Assembly (NCBI GenBank): GCA_051362555.1
Contig: JBPQGU010000016.1
Coordinates: 558,001-622,000, forward strand
From: Lingula anatina
Taxonomy: Eukaryota > Animalia > Brachiopoda
Reading direction: 5' to 3'
DNA length: 64,000 nt
The notes under the pieces were generated by a model that did not search any database, was not told the origin of the DNA, and saw nothing but the letters and a program-made list of their open reading frames with translations. Below, piece after piece: positions 1-14,185 of this stretch. The first letter of the stretch is position 1; each line of letters opens with the position of its first letter. The position numbers were made by a program, and so were the translations under genes.

Positions 1-3000
1 TAGTTGTGCGAGTTTTTTACTTGCAATGGAGTTAAGGAAGACATATTCTGGTGAGTTAGCTGGATGCTTTACCAGTAATGTTCATGTATGGATTGTTTTG
101 TTTTTGATCATAACTTTGGAATATGTGAGTTACAATGGAGCCAATAATTCTTCACATGTTTAACTTAGTGTCTGTTGGGATGAATTTTGTGGAAGTTTGT
201 GTTTGTGTGTGTGTGTGTGTGTGCGTGTGTGCGTACGTTTGTGTGTGTGTTCCTGTACAAGTTTGCCTTTGTATGTTATTATGTTATATATGTGTGTCAC
301 GTTTGTGTATGTGCAGTATGTGTCTTTGCATGCTCCGAGGGAGTAACATCACAAAAATAATTCACAAGACAGAGATAGTGAGTACTTAGTAAAATGTTGA
401 CAGGAAAAAAAGAAGTCAACTTAAATCCTCTACCAGGAAGTTAAATAAAAAGAATTGATTACACGATGCAGTTGATAATTACTGATGATTGTCATACATA
501 ATTGCTGTGTTTTACAAGATTATCTCAAAGAGGGCATTTTGGATTTTAAATCTACAGAAGTTCATCTTAACAGAGTGTTTTCAGATAAGATTATGAATAT
601 AGTGTGGATTGTGCCAAGAGGAACAAGTTAGATTTTTTTAACTGGCTGCTATATATAATACTAGTAATCTAACATTTTTTTGCACTACGTAACAATATTT
701 CATAGTAAAAACTCTAAATTTAGCTGAACATTGAATTGAGGACACACACACACACACACTCACACACACACACACACACAGTAACTTTAAGTGTACATAT
801 CATTCATGACACAGCTGAAAAAATACTAAATGTAAGATAGTGTGCCACAAGTCTTCATTTAGCTTATTTTATGACCATTGTCTTGTTTATATTGATAATA
901 CCCAGGTAAAATAATATAAATCACACTGATAAGTGCCGTACACACTAGAATGTGAATAGTTCATGGCATTTATTTATATCACAAATGTACTCTGTAACTT
1001 TAAAGGTGAAGACCCAGTCAAGCTAATAAAAATGTCATATTGGTGACTGTGTATTTATTAGGCTTTGATATGCATCTTGATTGTTCTGACTCTAGTTTTA
1101 TTAATTAATTAAATAATTTGCATATATATTTATTTATTTCTGATATTTGAAAAAAGTATTTACTGTACTTGTATTTGGCTAAAATTCTTACTAGTAGCAG
1201 TTTTCATTAAAAGTGACATATACATGTATATGAATGAACACGCGCGTGCACACACACACACACACACACGGAGCTTATTTTTAAGCTCCGTGTCATAAAA
1301 GTACACGAACACGCATGTATCACAAATATATTTTAAGAATACCATGCACTTATGAAACTGGGTGGCTTAGCCTGTGGCTAGCACTGATAACAGGAGTTTG
1401 GTTAGCAGTTGATCAACCACAGACACATGAACACGACATACTGCCCCGTTTACACAAGGTGGACTGGCCTTCCCAGTTGCAAACCTGATTTGCCCCAAAA
1501 AAACTCCATCTGTCTGACATATTATGAAGTAAAGATTTGGTAAGATCAACTCAAAGTCTAGTGACACACACTTAGGCATGCGCGCATGCACGTGCACACA
1601 CACCCAAACACATATGATCCTATTTAAAGCTTGTTGCAAGATTTCTGAACTCAGACAGACTATTAAGGAAAGGAATGGTATTGAAAAATGAAAATGCCTT
1701 CACTATGCAGATTAAGTGTGGTGTCTTGAACCAAACAGACCAAGTCTGGTTGCACCACATTGTACTGTGTAGACAAGTTTAGAAAACAGTACAAAAGACG
1801 CCCAAAGACAAAAAAAAAAAGGTATAAAGTGATAGGCAACTGCACAGGCACGACAGATAGATGTATACATGTATATAATTATAGTGCAGCATATTCCTCA
1901 GAAAGGTTTACTTTGAACCTTTGAACTTCTGATGCTGAGAAGTGGACAGAGAGATTACTAAATCAGAGGTTCTGTCGCCAGATTATGATGTAGTGTGTGT
2001 TATTAGTAACAGCGAGGAGCATTGTGTCATTTTGAAAGTATCTTTTCCCAAGTAATCTTCTCAGATGGAGGGATTTAGTGAGGAGCGTATTCTTCAGAAT
2101 TATGACAGAGTGATATAATATTGCAGGGAGTTTTGTATAGTAGTTTTCTTGACTTTCTTTCTTTTTGAAATTTTTATCATTTTTTACGTGGAGAAGATTT
2201 TATTGAAAGACTTGGAAATTGGAATTGTCACCAAAGTGATTCTGATCATCAGAACTTTTTATAGAGCTATTTGCAGAAGATTTTCATTTAACAGATTGAG
2301 ATCTGCGTTATTTCCCTGGTGTATGAAACATTTTCAGTGCTCTCGGCTTCATCTTGTTGTCATGTTAGGATATTGAGGAGGTACGCTGGAGAAATCTCAT
2401 CAGAGCTGCTGCAGTTTTAATTGGACAATGACAAGTTTTCAGGGGAATTTTTAGATTTTGTCACAAACTAGTTCTAAGACTTGTCAAGTTCTGAGAGCAG
2501 TTTTCATTCGGACGTCACTTATTTTGTCATGTGTGATCTAATTTGTCTAGTCCATGGGGACTCGGGTGTGAGCGGAGCTGAGATATGATCAAAGTTGTCA
2601 ATTTGATGAGGAAAAAACTCATTTTGTGACATTGGGTTTTGTTATAGATCTGTTATTGTAAGGCAGATCCCATCATCATTTAAAAACTGGAGACAAGAAA
2701 GTGATATTCTCTGCAGCTGAAAGATGGGACTACTCAAGTTTATGAAATTTGTTGTGATTTACGTCCATAGATAATGCTGCATTTTTTTTCATAAAAATAC
2801 AAGAACTTCTGCACACTGCCATGCCAGTAGTTGGAAGCCTATGTCTAATGAATACTCTTGTCTGCAATAATGTTTATAAATGTTATGTGATGTGCAATTC
2901 TCTTTCGAGATATGAAAGCAATATCTACAAACATTTTTCATAGATATTATTTCTAGGGTCAGAAGTCCTTTTAATTAATTAATTACTTATCTTTTTCAAT

Positions 3001-3380
3001 TTTTGTATTTTAACCTCATCAAATTGTACATGTTCAACAGTTGTCATAAAAGATAGTCAGTTCCCAAGAGACTGATTTGCCAAAGCCGAAGATGAAACTA
3101 AAACTGAAAAAAGGTCTTCTTTCTGAAGGACATGCATCATATCCCCAGTGTCGTGATGTAGACGTATTTGAGAACAGCATTCCTTTGCTTTGACAAGGAT
3201 CTCTTCGAAGTATGCAATCCTTCTGGAAACAAACAGCAAATACCAAGAAATGGTTTCATTTTCAATTCCGTCAGGAATCTGCATATATGTCAAGTACTAG
3301 TAAACTCGGCTAATTGTCTATTTTGTTTTTGTTTTGTGTGATTGGTAATCTAAAAATAAGACTGTGTTTGATGAGGAAAG

Positions 3381-3710
3381 AGTAAAAGTAAAAGTTCACT
3401 TCTTATATATTGCACTACTTTGTCGTGTCAGAGCGGTTTATAGATACCTGGTCATTTTTTTGGGGCCATCAGACAATCTGGGTGTTAACGTTCTCGACTC
3501 CCTAGGGAGGATACAGCCTAGCATGTTCTATGAGACACTGAAAGCTAGCAAACGAACAATATCTTTCTTTGCGTGACCAGGAACTTTTCTCCTGCTTCAA
3601 CCCCCCAGGCTGAATGGAAAGATGGGAGCCAGCAGGTACCGTTTATGAAGGACTGGTAAGTCCCCGAAAGGGGTCGAACCCATGTCCTCCTCCTCCGAAG
3701 GCAGACATTC
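3381..3710 (-). mobile_element. tRNA-derived SINE (degenerate copy)
   Basis: Minus strand shows a B-box-like GGTTCGACCC near 3672-3681 and an internal GGCTGTATCCTCCCTAGGGAGTCGAG that resembles the Nin-type SINE core. It ends in a short (TTTAC)-like tail at about 3381-3395. A related fragment lies at about 27705-27835. Confidence 0.5.
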
Positions 3711-4733
3711 GGGAATTTTGTTGACTGGTAAATGATCATGTTGCTTTCTCAAGTTGTCTTGGTGGCAAACTTTGCTCAGAGAGATCCAGAGATAATAAGG
3801 CATTGTGCTAAGCAACAGCAAGAGTGGCGTAAGAAACAGACAATGTTGTTGCCGAAAAACATCTAGCATTCAGTTTGGAATGCTCTGGAATGGCTTCTTC
3901 TTCTTCTTCAAGTTTGCATTTCACAGATTTGAGAACTTGTTTTGCTATGGAGTCGAACAAGTGTATTTGTATGGAGGATATTAACAGTTGGTATGAAACG
4001 CGTCAGAAGAAGCGTTGGAGTGACAGTTTATTGCGATACATTGATTCTAGAGGAGAAGCAGGTATTTTGGAACAAGCATACTTGTGATTCTGACAGGGAG
4101 AGAAAGAGAGAGAAAGAAAGACAGAGGCAGAGAGGGAGGAAAGGAGAGAGAGAGAGAGAGAGAGGCGTATATATATATATAGTATAAACAAAACAAAACA
4201 TGAAAAAGTAGAAAAAAATTGGATCGAAAAATTAGTGATATGTTTATATGTTATGAACAAGTCATGAGATAACTGTATCTTTGACTCAAATCATATCAGG
4301 TGATCAATACACTGTGGCGCCATCTGTCAGTTACAATTTTTCTTATCCTGTAAGGGTACTTGATATCATATCCAAAGCCAATATTTGCTTATTATATGAA
4401 CTTACGAAACCAGGTTTAATATGTTGATGATTTCCAGAGTTTCATGACAGCTGAAGGTGGTCTTGACGAGTCTGATCCTCTGACTAGAAGTATTATTACT
4501 ACTGCTGAGTTTGGTTGCATGTTACAGAAGATTTAGGTCTTGTAACAGGCATGACTTTTTTTTTTCTTGTGGAATACCACAATTTTTAATTCAGTTTACC
4601 CCATATAAGGATATCAGGTGTCGGGCTTATGTAAAAAGTTCAGAGATCTTTTTTTCCCCAAAAACCCAAGCTCATATCTGTTAAAGCTAAGAGGGTGTGT
4701 CCTTATGATTGACATGTGTCATTATTGTTTCAG

Positions 4734-4802
4734 CTCCACAGCCACCGCCTAGAAGTACATCATCCTTGAAAGTAAGAAGACAATCAAGCGCAGGTTATGC
4801 AG
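4734..4802 (+). CDS. TMCC: Candidate upstream coding exon of the TMCC-family gene (PQPPPRSTSSLKVRRQSSAGYA)
   Basis: tttcag| acceptor and CAG|gtacac donor. 69 nt, phase 1-1, open frame, and joins in frame to the exon at 16301. Confidence 0.55.
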
Positions 4803-5176
4803 GTACACTGAAGCCTCATTCACTTCAATTTGGATAAATTCCATGTAGCTTTTTCTCACCTCTGTCCAACAACTTATTGGAACAATAATTTACAAGACAG
4901 AAATTTAAAAGTGATTACTGCAGTCAACATTTTTTTTTGAATACCCATCAAAACAATAGTTTTTTGGGAAATGCAAAATAATCACATTTGTAAGAAGTAC
5001 TCTAGGTGAGAAATTATCCTATTTGTGGAAACCATCTATTTTCAGGAACAACTATCAAAATAATGTATTTTTGAGAAATGTGCGTGCTGATTCACCAGGT
5101 TTGTTGGGATTTGGTTCAGTAATGATGGAACTGGTACAATGTAACATGTACCTCTATGGCAGTATTTACACCCAAA

Positions 5177-5570
5177 CTTGATCCGAGGACTAAAGGATCC
5201 ACTGATCAAATATGGCTGGCCCACTTGATAGCTTACCCTGAACTCCCCGCGGGGATTCTGTTCAGTATCTATAAGGGGATTACGCATCAAGCTTTTAAGA
5301 GGGTGGGCCATATTTGTCCCCTGGATCTGTAAAACCCCATTCCCATAGATTTTAGATCGATCTATCCTAGTGGAGAGTCTCACTAGATTACTGTCAGCTT
5401 AGCCAGCTTAAGTGTCTGTCCTGCCTACTAAAAGCTGTAAGGAGGTAATTAACTATGGTGCGCACTCAGCTGACTGCAATTTAGCGTGAACCCCCAGGGA
5501 GTTAGGTCGATCTAAATCTATGGGAATGCACCCTAAGTCAACAGATGAACTTTGGTTCTGAATGCGTCCT
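5177..5570. mobile_element. Family-B MITE interrupted by a family-A MITE
   Basis: Shares GATCAAATATGGC..CCCACTTGA..GC and the terminal GTTCTGAATG with the copies at 10958, 16974 and 54575. It is split by the insert at about 5333-5533. Confidence 0.7.
5333..5533. mobile_element. Family-A MITE (Harbinger/Tourist-like, TAA target)
   Basis: TIRs CATTCCCATAGATTT..AGATCGA / TCGATCTAAATCTATGGGAATG. The body matches the copies at 11330 and 28268. TAA on both sides. Confidence 0.75.
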
Positions 5571-6874
5571 ATTTTCTCTGGTACACAGCTGCCTGTGAAT
5601 ATTATAATTGTGTGGAGATATTGGACATGAATCATCAGCACAGAATGTATTGATAGCTAAAGGTTCAGTGATTGGTCATACATTAATGACCTGTTAGCAG
5701 TTTGAGGCAGCATGGGGGAGGGGGGCAGACAAGGGGGCATATATTTGTACCCCCCCCCCCCCCCCCACTCTCATCCTACCTCACACGCTTGAATGTACTG
5801 CACACACACATACACATATCTGGTTGGTAGAGTGAATTTTTTTTCATATGTTTACGGTTATTTTCCCTTCATGTGTAGAATTCATCTTTAGACTTTCCAG
5901 TTTTCTGAGATCTTCTAGTAGAAGTGGGCTAAAAAATGAAAAAAAGAAAGAGAGAAATTATTTCAGAAAAAAAAACAGTTAGTCTGCTTTTGAACTCATT
6001 TCAGATAATTCTGTACAAAGTCCCCAGCTTAAAAGTTCCTTTCCAGCAGCGCTGTCCCCACGGTGTATCCTTCTCTGATAGATTAATAGATACTCCTAAT
6101 CTACTTTTCCCTGGCTTTACTTAAATATACGGATGGATTTGTTTCAATCAGAGAGACTGTCACTTTTGTTATGTATGGTTTGTTCTGTGGGATCAGTATG
6201 AACCGTGATTAATTAGCGGGAGACGCATCTGTCTTGGTGAGATAAGTATTGATCTGATGTGATTGGGCTGGGTTCTGGTTGTCTGTGCGTGTGTGTGTGT
6301 GTGTGTGTGTGAGTGTGTGTGCACGTGTGTGAATGTGTGTGTATATGTAACATGTATAGTATGTGTGTTGTGTGTGTGTGTGTGCACGTGTGAATGTGTG
6401 TGTATGTAAATGTGTGTATTGTATATGTGTTGTGTGTGTGCATGTGTGTTTGTATGTGTATGCGTGTTTGTATGTATATGTATGCATGTGTGTGTGTGTA
6501 TGCACGTGTTTATAAGTCTCTCTGCTTACGTATATGTGTAACCAGTGCTCATGTGTGTAGGTGTCTCATCCACACCCTGGTAATGTAATATAATAACATA
6601 ACTTCATGATATTATATTTTAATACATTTCTGGTGTAGCCCAAACTTTGACAAATCAAGTTTGCTATTATTGAAATCAGAGAGGGATGTTGTTGCAGAAA
6701 TTAATAGACTATTGGCCAGTGCATTCAAGGTGGCCTCTGTATTGACTTGGAGAAAATGCTTCTGCCACAGTGATAATTGATCGAAGGTACAGTGTGCTTG
6801 GAAATATTAGGACCACCGTAGCAGTGTTCACCATTAAAACTAGGTTACTAAGAAAGAACATATTATTATTATAC

Positions 6875-7088
6875 ATGAAAGCAAGTCCGCCTAATCCCTT
6901 CATGGTCTCCCATCCTCCACACTCGCCTTCCCTGCAGGGGCCTAGCAATTAAACCTCAAAGCCAAAATATAATCCTTGTGGAGGTGGGGAGACCATTAAA
7001 GGATTAGGCTGTCTTGCTTTCATGTAGGGTCTGCCATATTTGATCTGCAGACCAGTAGATCAGAGAATCATCTGTTTTGAATGGGACC
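6875..7088. mobile_element. Family-B-related MITE fragment
   Basis: Inverted homology to 43545-43832 (GGCCCCT, GCAATTAAACCTC, GGGGAGACCAT motifs). Ends in CCATATTTGATC...TGTTTTGAATGGG. Confidence 0.6.
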
Positions 7089-7570
7089 ATAGTTATACAA
7101 CAGTAGATTTTAAAGAAGGATTGATATTATGATTAGGCGTTGTAGGTGCTAGGTTACCTAAGCACTGAAGATGTCAGAAAAATATCCCTTCTTAAAAAAG
7201 AAAAATTGGAGGCTGCTGTAGAGCTGATATTGTTAATGTGTGAAAACTTTGGAATCACCCTGTACATATGGTTAAAAGGAACTGTGCTGTCAGATGTCTC
7301 AGATGGAACTGTCTATGGCTGTCTGTGGAAGATAACTATACGCTATCTGTGAGTATTTGTTATATATCAAATACTAGAACTGTATATATCAGGGAATGGT
7401 TTTACTTTGTGTCGGGATGGGAATCATTATGATTTGTTTTGATGCATTTCTGATTTCATGTCTAAAAGATATTGATAAGAAGGGATGTTTGGAAATTGGG
7501 TAACAGAAAGGACGAGACATTGATTGTTGGTTATCTGATCAAATACCATAGCACAGTAGGCTAGACAGAG

Positions 7571-7602
<32 letters not shown>

Positions 7603-7677
7603 ATTCTTTCTCTTTTTCTCCCTCTCTCTCTCTTTTTCTCCCTTTCTCTTTCATTCTTAATCTCTCTCTCTTTCTCT

Positions 7678-7719
<42 letters not shown>

Positions 7720-7779
7720 CTTTCTCATTCTTTCTCTTTTTCTCCCTCTCTCTCTCTTTCTCTCCTTTTCTCTCATTCT

Positions 7780-7832
<53 letters not shown>
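7571..7832. repeat. Compound (CT)n microsatellite with internal duplication
   Basis: Seen directly. Confidence 0.95.
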
Positions 7833-7835
<3 letters not shown>

Positions 7836-10073
7836 AGAGTTATGTAATTTATATAATGGTTGTGTAATCATTCACAATAATAATAATGATAATCATAATC
7901 ATCATCTTTGTAATAATAAAAATAATGTCTTCTCCACAATTTTCTTAAAAACACAAAGAAAAAAATGCTAAATTATCTCAAGAATACAACAAATTTGATC
8001 CTTTGACAAATGAGGCAGAATTACCATTAGGTATGCGTCATTAAGAGATAATGACTTCTGTTAAAGGCTGTTTGCTAATGAGGCCCGTCTCCTTTTTCAA
8101 TATCTGTCATTACATGCAGTGATTAGTCTTTGAGTGCCAGGTTGTCATATGTCGAGAAGAGGAAGGAAGGACATAAATATCTCGTTTCTCTTGAGAAACA
8201 AAACTTAGTCTGTACATCTTTATATCTTTATATTGATCTCAGACCAAATTAATTGTTTTCCAAGGTTTTTTTTAATACCATCTAAAAAGATAAAATAAAT
8301 AGCCAATGTGTCCAAGCAATACAGTACCTCTAAGCAAAAACATAACCTCTCTCCACAGGGTTGGGAGGGGTGGGGTGGGTAATTATTTTTTCATAGAACA
8401 GAATGGCAAATCATTTGAAGACCAGTCAGACAGTTGTATGTATGGGTCTGTCTATTTATATTAATAAATAATGTTATACTTTTATTTTATTTTTCTTTTA
8501 AACGTAAATTTGTGAAATATGAACAGCAAAATTAATGGACTTACATTAAGTTTTAAAAATAGTATTGTGAACATTTATTCAGCCTTGACTGATTTGGTAT
8601 GTATATTGATCTAGATGACTGTTTTGTCTTTAAGATGCCAAGTTTGTAATATTGAAAGCAAACTTAGAGGCCAACAGCATCATTACAGGATTGTTTTGTC
8701 TTTTATTGAACATTTTCACCTTGGCCGACATAAATGAATATGTTTGTGTAACAAGTGAAAATCAATGCTGTCGGTTTTATTTTGTTACGTCCTCCTTGAA
8801 GAGGATGGATCGAAGGATTGCATGTATGCACATACTGGAGAGAGTTACTTTGTGATGGAAAGGCTTAGAGAGATAGGGTGCTCAAGACCACAGATGATCA
8901 AGTTGTATGGTGTGTGTGTGAGTGAGTGGGTGTGTTTGCAAGAGAGAGAGAAAGAGAATAAAAAAAAAGAGAGAGAGAGAGAAAATGACAGAGAGGGAGA
9001 GAGAGAGAGAGAAAATAACAAAGAGGGAGAGAGATTGTCACATAAAACAAGACTTTCTGTACCACACCAGTGCGACTGGTCCTACAGAGTACTAGTATGC
9101 TGTGTGGATGAAGGGGGAGAGTAATTTAATAAATGAACCCCCCCCCCCCCCCTCCAATATACCAATCTGAATCAGAATAAATGCAGTTACTAGTACTTCT
9201 AACTGGCTGTGCATTCAGAGAGAATTGAAAGAGCAGTTTTCTCTAGAACTCTTATAGACCCCAACCCATCCTTTACCAAGTGCCAAAACAACCTAGGAGA
9301 TAACAATACAAACAAAGCCCAACAGCACTGACTGTGTATGTAATGGCATTTACACGTGCATTCCATTCCTCATTGTCTACTGATCAATATACTAATGCGG
9401 GCTAGTGCATTTCCATTATCTATGCCTATTACAACACCATTGTTTTTATCTTCGATCCAGTGCCACGCACTGTAGAGTTAACAAGGGGGAAATTAATTCT
9501 GTCATTTATATGCTACTTCATTTAATTGTGGGTGGAGAATATGAAACCCTAGTGTCCCCAGAGAATGGTGAGGATTTAATGTGGAGTTGACCATAGGTCA
9601 TTCGGGGTCGTTCGGTCAGTTGATCAGATCTTGAGTTCGTTGATGGTAATTTTGTTTGTAGTTCGGTGGGCAAAGAGTTTGTTGAACACTATCATTGAGT
9701 TTCCCTGTGAGTTTCAGAGATTGCTGGAAAGTTGACTTTGTTATCAGCATGATCTAGGACCCATTAAGGTAAGTGTAGTTTGATGGGTCTTTGGCATGAT
9801 GAAAATGACAGAGGCATGCTGTTTATAGAGGTAAGTGTCTGGAAATTATAGTATCTCAGTAACTGGGGTAGGAAATGAAGAAAGATGCTGGTTATGTAGA
9901 CAGACAATACTTTCATAATCAAACTATACTTTTAAATCACTAAGACCAGTATCAGTCTTTCACTCACAGACATACTACCCCCCTCAAAAAAAAAAATAAT
10001 AATAATAAAATAAATAAATAAAAATGAAAAAATAAAAGAAATCTCAGAGTTTACTGATCACCAGCTTCTATAT

Positions 10074-10277
10074 AGGGCTATTCACATTAGCAAGTAAAAC
10101 GAAGTCGAGTTAACTTCGATTGAATCGGGGTCGATTAAACCCAGGTTCTTTGTGTTCACACTGGCATGGGAAGCAATAAGGGTAGAATTTCGCCAATTGT
10201 ACCTCCTGTTAAGCATGTGCACTGTTGTTCTCAGATCAGGCTGTAACTGCGGTCAAAATTGCCGGTGTGAATGGGGC
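10074..10277. mobile_element. Degenerate MITE with GGGCTATTCACA / TGTGAATGGGGC ends
   Basis: Imperfect TIR-like ends of Harbinger style. Confidence 0.4.
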
Positions 10278-10292
10278 ATTCATCACCACTAA

Positions 10293-10473
10293 GGCCCCTT
10301 CAGAATAGAGGACTATTTAGTCCGAGGGTCAAAAATGGCGACCCACTACAAAGCTTGCTGTCTAATCCGCTAATGGACACTAAATAGATATCCGGGGGGG
10401 AAGTATTCAAGTGGGTCACTGGTTGGCCATATTTGACCCTGGGACTAGTTAGTCCACTGTTCTGAATGGGGCC
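10293..10473. mobile_element. Family-B MITE with TAA target-site duplication
   Basis: TIR GGCCCC(T/A)TTCAGAA...TTCTGAATGGGGCC, with TAA on both sides. A close copy lies at 22973-23146. Confidence 0.85.
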
Positions 10474-10957
10474 TAAGACATGCTGTTGACTGAGGGTGTT
10501 AGTACTTTCTACAGGTTCTTAACTTGCCCTGGGAGCAGGGGTGGAGAAACCCTGGCCAGGAGCCAGCAGGATACTGCTTATTACAGACTTTATATTGGGT
10601 TGTAATTGGGTGATTATTTTACTGTGTGGTCGATGAACTGTGATTTCAGACACTATATAGTGATATTAAGCTTTCTTGGTGCCAGTATTGTCAATTTCTG
10701 TTGCAATCAATTCAGTGTTATTTCTGACACTGTGAACATGTATAATGAAGCTTTACCAGTGCCAAAATTCAATTTCCAATCCAGCATAAACTTGGGTTGA
10801 CGCAGCATTGTGTTATAAATCAATTTTTTTCTCGGTGTCACAAGTTTGATTCTCCAACATAACCAAGAACAAACACCCCAAGTTAAAGAGATTACTATCA
10901 ACACACCTCTTTATTTAACAAAAGGCCTCTGGAGTTTCTAGGAACCTCTGAAGCTTA

Positions 10958-11163
10958 GATTGCATTCACAACCAAAGTTCGGCCCCACACTAACAGATCC
11001 ATAGATCAAATATGGCTGAACCACTTAAAAGCCAACCGCATAATCTATGCGGAGGATCTATTCATTGCCTATAAGGGGATTATGCAGCAAGCTTTAAAGT
11101 GGGTCGGCCATGTTTGATCCACTGATCTGTCAGTCTGCAGATCAACTTGTTCTGAATGCGCCC
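10958..11163. mobile_element. Family-B MITE
   Basis: GATCAAATATGGC...AAGTGGGTCGGCCATGTTTGATCC...GTTCTGAATGCGCCC, homologous to 5177, 16974 and 54575. Confidence 0.75.
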
Positions 11164-11202
11164 TCAGGGTACTATCTAGTCCAGTTTATTTAATTAGTAC
11201 TG

Positions 11203-11326
11203 GTAATACACCCTGAGTTTCAGGCATTGCTGAGAACTTGCCTGTAATACACCCCGAGTTTCAGGCATTGCTGGGAACTTGCCTGTAATACACCCCGAGT
11301 TTCAGGCATTGCTGGGAACTTGCCTC
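11203..11326. repeat. 39-bp tandem repeat, about 3 copies
   Basis: Unit TAATACACCCCGAGTTTCAGGCATTGCTGGGAACTTGCCTG-like, repeated. Confidence 0.9.
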
Positions 11327-11329
11327 TAA

Positions 11330-11551
11330 GGGTGCTTTCCCAGAGATTTAGATCGATCTAAAGATTAAGTTTTAGATCGACCTAACTCCCTGGGGGTTCA
11401 CACTAAATTGTAGTCAGCCGAGCGGGCACCATAGTTAATTACCCCCTTACAGCTTTTAGTAGGCGGGACAGACGCTTAAGCCGGCCAAGCTGACAGTAAT
11501 CTAGTGAGACTCCCCACAGGGAGGGGTCTAAAAATCTATGGAAATGGGGTG
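11330..11551. mobile_element. Family-A MITE with TAA target-site duplication
   Basis: TAA|GGGTGCTTTCCCAGAGATTTAGATCG...CTATGGAAATGGGGTG|TAA. Inverted homolog of 5333-5533. Confidence 0.8.
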
Positions 11552-12783
11552 TAATACATCAGCATGTCTCCAAGATTACCAGATACAGCAGAGAAAATTA
11601 TCCTAAAACTGAGGGTGCTAATCATCGCCTTATCTCCTGTTTTGCTGTGAGATCAACAGGAAGATGAGTTGCATGTTATTGTATCAGTAATATAGTTTTA
11701 TGCCCCAGTGTCGGTGCGGCTGATGAATGGAAGCACAGTCATTGCAGAGAACAGTCAGTGAAAATTGGGAGAGAACTGGGAGAGGCTTTATTTTGTGGCT
11801 GTAGCTGGGACAGGTTAGGAGGTGGTTTAAATTTGCTGCTAGTAGATGGTGATTATGATTAATCAGTGGAATATTATGTACAGAATAGAAGGTAAGAAAG
11901 TAAATCTGGTTCTAATTTAGATTTGTACAGAATAGTAATGATGATGATTAATATAAAGTTCCTTAATGCAGGGATTATATATGATAACAGAATCATGTAA
12001 GAAGTGTACATGTGGATGGTGATAAGTGTGAAGATAGATTGTGAAGATAGATTTTAGACCACAGTTTGATTCAAAGCAGTTGGTCTAAAAATTCAATTTG
12101 TAGGTAACATAAAGTGTGACAACAGATTTTCTGAGGCTCCATGGAAGATTTTTTTTGTCTAACTTTGTCAGATTATTTATAAAAGAATGTTTCTTCTGAT
12201 CCCACTACTTTTCTCAACACGTGACTCAGGTTGCTTTATTGGGTTCCTCTATGAATAAAAAACTAAAAAGAATGAAAAAAGAAACTGATTCAGCGTACTA
12301 GTAGGTGAATCATAAGTTTAATCTAGCAGTAAATCTATCCCTGGTACAGTCATGTTGAAAAAAAATATGTCAATTTTTTCCCAGCTTAATTGAGATAATT
12401 TTTCATTTTGCATACTAGAAGTGGTCTGCTTTTGTTGCGACCATGTTGGAACTAATGATTGTCTTCCTCCAAGTCACCTCATGGAGTTTTTCAAAATTAC
12501 TATCCCAGTAAAACTGATTGTGTTAACTTTGTCGGAGCTGCACTTGATAGTTCAATAGGAAATGATTCAATCATATTATCAACTGAATTAAATAGTGGAT
12601 TCCCATGTGGATGTTGCTTGTCAAGCTTGGAGTTCTTACTGCAGGTTGCTATGGTGACATTTTAAAATTGTGATTGTATGTTGTCTTGCTGGGCGATTAG
12701 CAATTTAGAACATTTCTTGGTGGCTGGTGATTTTGGAAGAGTCATGGAATAGTCATTTGGAGATAAAGTTGTATTTTGTTGGC

Positions 12784-12877
<94 letters not shown>

Positions 12878-12984
12878 ATGGGGAATACCCGCTTTAAGGG
12901 TCTGCCGCTAGATGGCGTGGGGGTGAAAGCAGTCCTTCTTAAATCTCGCAGAATCTCGCTCACGGCTTTACACCAGAGTTTAAC

Positions 12985-14185
12985 ATGGAGCGTGTGCACG
13001 CGTCGCTGACAGTGAACCAACTCAAACGCAATTTACTTGAATGTGGTGCCATAACATCTGGATGAAAATGTGAATTGACCGAAAGGTATGTGTTTTCTTT
13101 TCATTTAGTGCTTGAAAAACAAGAATGCTAACTATTTTCCTTGAAAAAAATCGAACATTAGTCGAGGTGTGTGTGTCAAATCTGACATGTTATGTACTAG
13201 TACATGTAGACTACTGTAGGTACGAGTAGGCCTACGCTCATATTTTGTTTTAGTAGCACGAAAGACGAAGATTTTTTATACTTAGTAAATGTACTTATTT
13301 TTTTCTTTATAAGGTTACCCAAAGAAGGCCCATATATTGGGGGCAAAGCCTGAAACTGTCGATTTCAGGACCCCAGGACAGCCAACTTCAAGAGCAGGAT
13401 AAAATGATTACTTCAGGAATCTTACCCGTCACTTCGCATCAGCGGCAAAGATTGATGTAGCCACCAGTTATGCCTACCCTAAAGCTGACTTACAGGCGGC
13501 TGTGATGGACAACAACTATTGCCAAGTGCCATGAAAACAATAATGCATGGATAGAGGGAATGATGTAAGTGAAAACAGAGGTCTAATATTAAGAATCAGG
13601 CCCAAATATGAGAAAGAATTATCAAACTAGGTGATGTGTGACATCATAGAAATATAAAATTGTATCTTAACTATTTAATGCTGTAACCATCTACCATGCT
13701 TTAATGGGATATGACTATTTCAGGTTGAGGAACAAACAGCGAAGGACACTGAGCATAGCAAGTTACAACAAGGAAATAGCGCAATCTGACACAAGGAGAG
13801 ACAATGGCGGATCACTGCTTCCAGATTTGGAGAGATAATGTCAGCTACAGAGAAGAAGTATATGAACAAACTGTATGAATAATTGTTGTGTCCAAAACCA
13901 TTGCAGACACATGACAGTTGGACCCGGACCCGATTTCCCCTTTTTGGAATGTGTACCTCGTGCACGAATCTGGGCCTAAAGAAAACCCGCAAATACTATA
14001 CTAAGTTAGAAGGCCAGATGTTCATTACAAATCGCCCATTCTGCTATTTTGCTGTGTTTACATTCAAAGATCTGTTTGTGGGGTTGATTCATTCTGACGC
14101 TGGATATTTTTCTACATGTATTTTGCCCAGGATAACTTTTTTTAATGAAAAACACTATAGGAAGTATGTGTCAACCAGTTTATAG
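12985..14185 (+). pseudogene. SAP-domain / YqaJ (lambda-exonuclease-like) gene remnant of the transposon
   Basis: 12985-13085 reads MERVHASLTVNQLKRNLLECGAITSG*KCELTER (SAP pattern, internal stop, then gtatgt donor). 13721-14185 reads ...*HKERQWRITASRFGEI... and YYTKLEGQMFITNRPFCYFAVFTFKDL...ILPRITFF (YqaJ motifs). It carries stops and lacks the central catalytic motifs. Confidence 0.75.
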
